DNA of 64,000 nucleotides from Bacillota bacterium (GTDB lineage Bacteria; Bacillota; Clostridia; Oscillospirales; Ruminococcaceae): NCBI GenBank assembly GCA_023388515.1, contig JAEWGD010000005.1, positions 26,259 to 90,258 of the forward strand, read 5' to 3'. Shown piece by piece: positions 63,729 to 64,000 of this stretch (position 1 is its first letter; each line of letters starts with the position of its first letter). The notes under the pieces were generated by a model. It saw only the letters and a program-made list of their open reading frames with translations, ran no database searches and was not told where the DNA came from. The position numbers and the translations under genes were made by a program.

Positions 63729-64000
63729 ATGCTCATTCGCCGCATGGCTATGTTTGTTTTTGTTATCGCTCTCTTTGTTGTCATTGAATATGCTTTTGCT
63801 TGTTTATTTTAGTGAAGTATCGTTCTTGTTTTCTTTGTTGTCATTCAATCTACTTTCCGTATTGTTAAATTTAATTGTGGGTGTTCATTTCTTTGTGCGT
63901 ACAAAGAAACGAACCAAAGAAAAACGCAGCTCAACGCCGCTGAGGCTTGGCACGCTCAACTAAAAACCAAAACAAAGACCGTTTTGGCTTTTAGGTCGCT
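63715..64000 (+). repeat. dispersed repeat family, copy E (arm-hairpin-tail form, truncated by window end)
   Basis: Near-identical to the copy at 34296-34650 from gctcattcgccgcatggct through the hairpin and tail. It begins inside the last codons of gene 60789-63728. Confidence 0.6.

Overview
Low-GC Firmicutes (Clostridia) chromosomal segment. The sporulation genes yabP-yabQ-divIC-yabR and a dockerin-bearing LRR protein suggest a cellulolytic Ruminococcus/Clostridium-type organism. Most of the window is core housekeeping. It holds the fatty-acid/acetyl-CoA carboxylase cluster fabG-fabF-accB-fabZ-accC-accD-accA-acpP with a convergent fabH. It also holds serA-serC, rnr-secG, pckG, tsaD-rimI-polA, dusB, an NfeD-flotillin pair, pit plus a DUF47 gene, cspA, carD, ylxM-ffh-rpsP-KH and two trkA genes. 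The main accessory feature is a ~9.5 kb island (about 20991-30489) that splits a BclA-like collagen-repeat gene into an N-terminal fragment (20663-21061) and a C-terminal fragment (30490-31011). The island carries a type I RM remnant: an hsdM that is frameshifted at an A7 tract (restorable by a 1-nt change) plus a half-size hsdS, with no hsdR. It also carries an operon of a 475-aa unknown protein and a 1302-aa Sec-signal protein with RTX-type calcium-binding repeats. Its right end has IS3-like and HNH-endonuclease gene remnants. The second notable feature is a previously unannotated ~300-350 bp dispersed repeat family with a conserved 16-bp-stem hairpin, present in five copies (17270-17530, 34296-34650, 49341-49701, 55690-56040, 63715-window end). 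The copies occur in two architectures and partly contain a conserved small hydrophobic/basic ORF. Other observations: a 59-aa ORF and a 23-bp palindrome inserted inside the fab operon, tandem 36-bp hairpin repeats between tsaD and rimI, and a break in the canonical ffh-rpsP-rimM-trmD synteny.
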